Assembly: GCF_028641065.1 (NCBI RefSeq)
Contig: NC_073404.1
Span: forward strand, 13,888,001 to 13,952,000
Direction of reading: 5' to 3'
From: Leucoraja erinacea
Taxonomy: Eukaryota
DNA length: 64,000 nt
Part shown: piece by piece, positions 63,201 to 64,000 of the stretch
How positions within the stretch are numbered: the first letter of the stretch is position 1
How the letters are laid out: each line of letters starts with the position of its first letter
Program-made: the position numbers and the translations under genes
The notes under the pieces: generated by a model
What the model saw: the letters and a program-made list of their open reading frames with translations, nothing else
Told to the model about the DNA's origin: nothing
Databases searched by the model: none

Positions 63201-63461
63201 ACTTTGTGGCACAGAAGTCTATGTTCTCTTTAATCAGCGATTCTACATGTGTCCATTTCAACAGTCAAAAGCAATTTGGTTTGGAGCTGGTTCATCCATC
63301 AAAAAAGCATTCTTTGTTTGCCGTGTTTTTATTGTGATATACATTGCCTTAACTATTGCAACTGAAGGTACCGGTATTGTCGAATGCTGGAAGAAGGATC
63401 GTTCAGGGGTCGCACTGCAGATTTTGTCTTTATGTTCCTTTTCGATGGATTTTTGATGACT
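59786..63461 (+). CDS. DERL2: Derlin-2, exons 1-4 (continues beyond the right edge)
   Basis: Exons 59786-59878 ([31 protein letters not shown]), 62407-62472 ([22 protein letters not shown]), 63066-63139 ([24 protein letters not shown]), 63368-63461 ([31 protein letters not shown]). Confidence 0.95.
60690..62240. mobile_element. Two head-to-head CR1 3' fragments in DERL2 intron 1 (minus ~60690-61530, plus ~61550-62240)
   Basis: [13 protein letters not shown] (minus); [19 protein letters not shown] (plus). Confidence 0.75.
63140..63367 (+). other. U12-type (minor spliceosome) GT-AG intron, DERL2 intron 3
   Basis: 5' site GTATCCTTT at 63140; branch point GCCTTAAC 63346-63353; AG at 63366-63367 with no polypyrimidine tract. 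Confidence 0.9.
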
Positions 63462-64000
63462 GTATCCTTCAGCCTTTGTTTAATGGCCTATAGATATATA
63501 TATATATATAATATTTATTACAAAATAACAAATTGCTTTAAGGATCAGTTAAGTAACTAACTGAATACACAACTCTAAGGTCATTAATGTGAGATGTTTC
63601 AGAGTGAGACCTTGTATTCGTACTGAGTGTGTAGTGGGAAAATGGCCATAATAAAGAGAGGAAGGTTGTAAGACAAGGGCTGGCAGGTGATGGGTGGAAC
63701 CAGATAAGGGGTTGATGGTAAGATGATGGAGCTGAAGTTGGAAGTTCCTGGTGTGAATCCCCATCATCTCTTCCTTAACGTTCCATATTTCCAGCCTCTG
63801 TCTCTACACTCCCATACGGCTCTAACTCTCCATCATTTTCTCCCCTCATCTGGTTTCGCATATCATCTTCAAGCCCCTGCCTCATCCCTCTCTCTCCATA
63901 CAGGTTATCTTCTCTCTATATTTTCAGTTCTAATGGAAGGTTCCAACATGAAACATCAATCATCCTTTTGCCTCCACAGTTAGGCTGTGGGCCAAGGAGC
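63462..64000 (+). other. U12-type intron, DERL2 intron 4 (5' part)
   Basis: 5' site GTATCCTTC at 63462, directly after ..LMT. Confidence 0.85.

Overview
Eukaryotic (vertebrate) genomic DNA, most likely a cartilaginous fish (skate/ray-type repeats: HE1-like SINEs, CR1, Penelope; taxon is inference). Seven spliced protein-coding genes can be reconstructed by hand with GT-AG boundaries and consistent phases: POLDIP2 (minus, first 6 exons, runs off the left edge), TMEM199 (plus, complete), SEBOX (minus), a MYL10-like myosin regulatory light chain (plus, complete), IFT22 (plus, complete), MIS12 (minus, one coding exon) and DERL2 (plus, first 4 exons, with two consecutive U12-type introns). POLDIP2/TMEM199 and MIS12/DERL2 each share a bidirectional CpG-island promoter. 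Introns and intergenic DNA are rich in transposons: CR1, L2, Rex1, RTE-derived, Tx1/L1, Penelope, Tc1, a Tigger-like MITE, a Harbinger-like MITE and a non-autonomous Helitron. The most notable non-genic signal is a dispersed family of short Penelope-derived elements with their own target-site duplications that carry a minimal hammerhead-ribozyme-like motif (CUGAAGA-N-stemII-GAAAC-GUC). Most ORFs in the supplied track are spurious. All homology calls come from recall of protein families, not from database searches.
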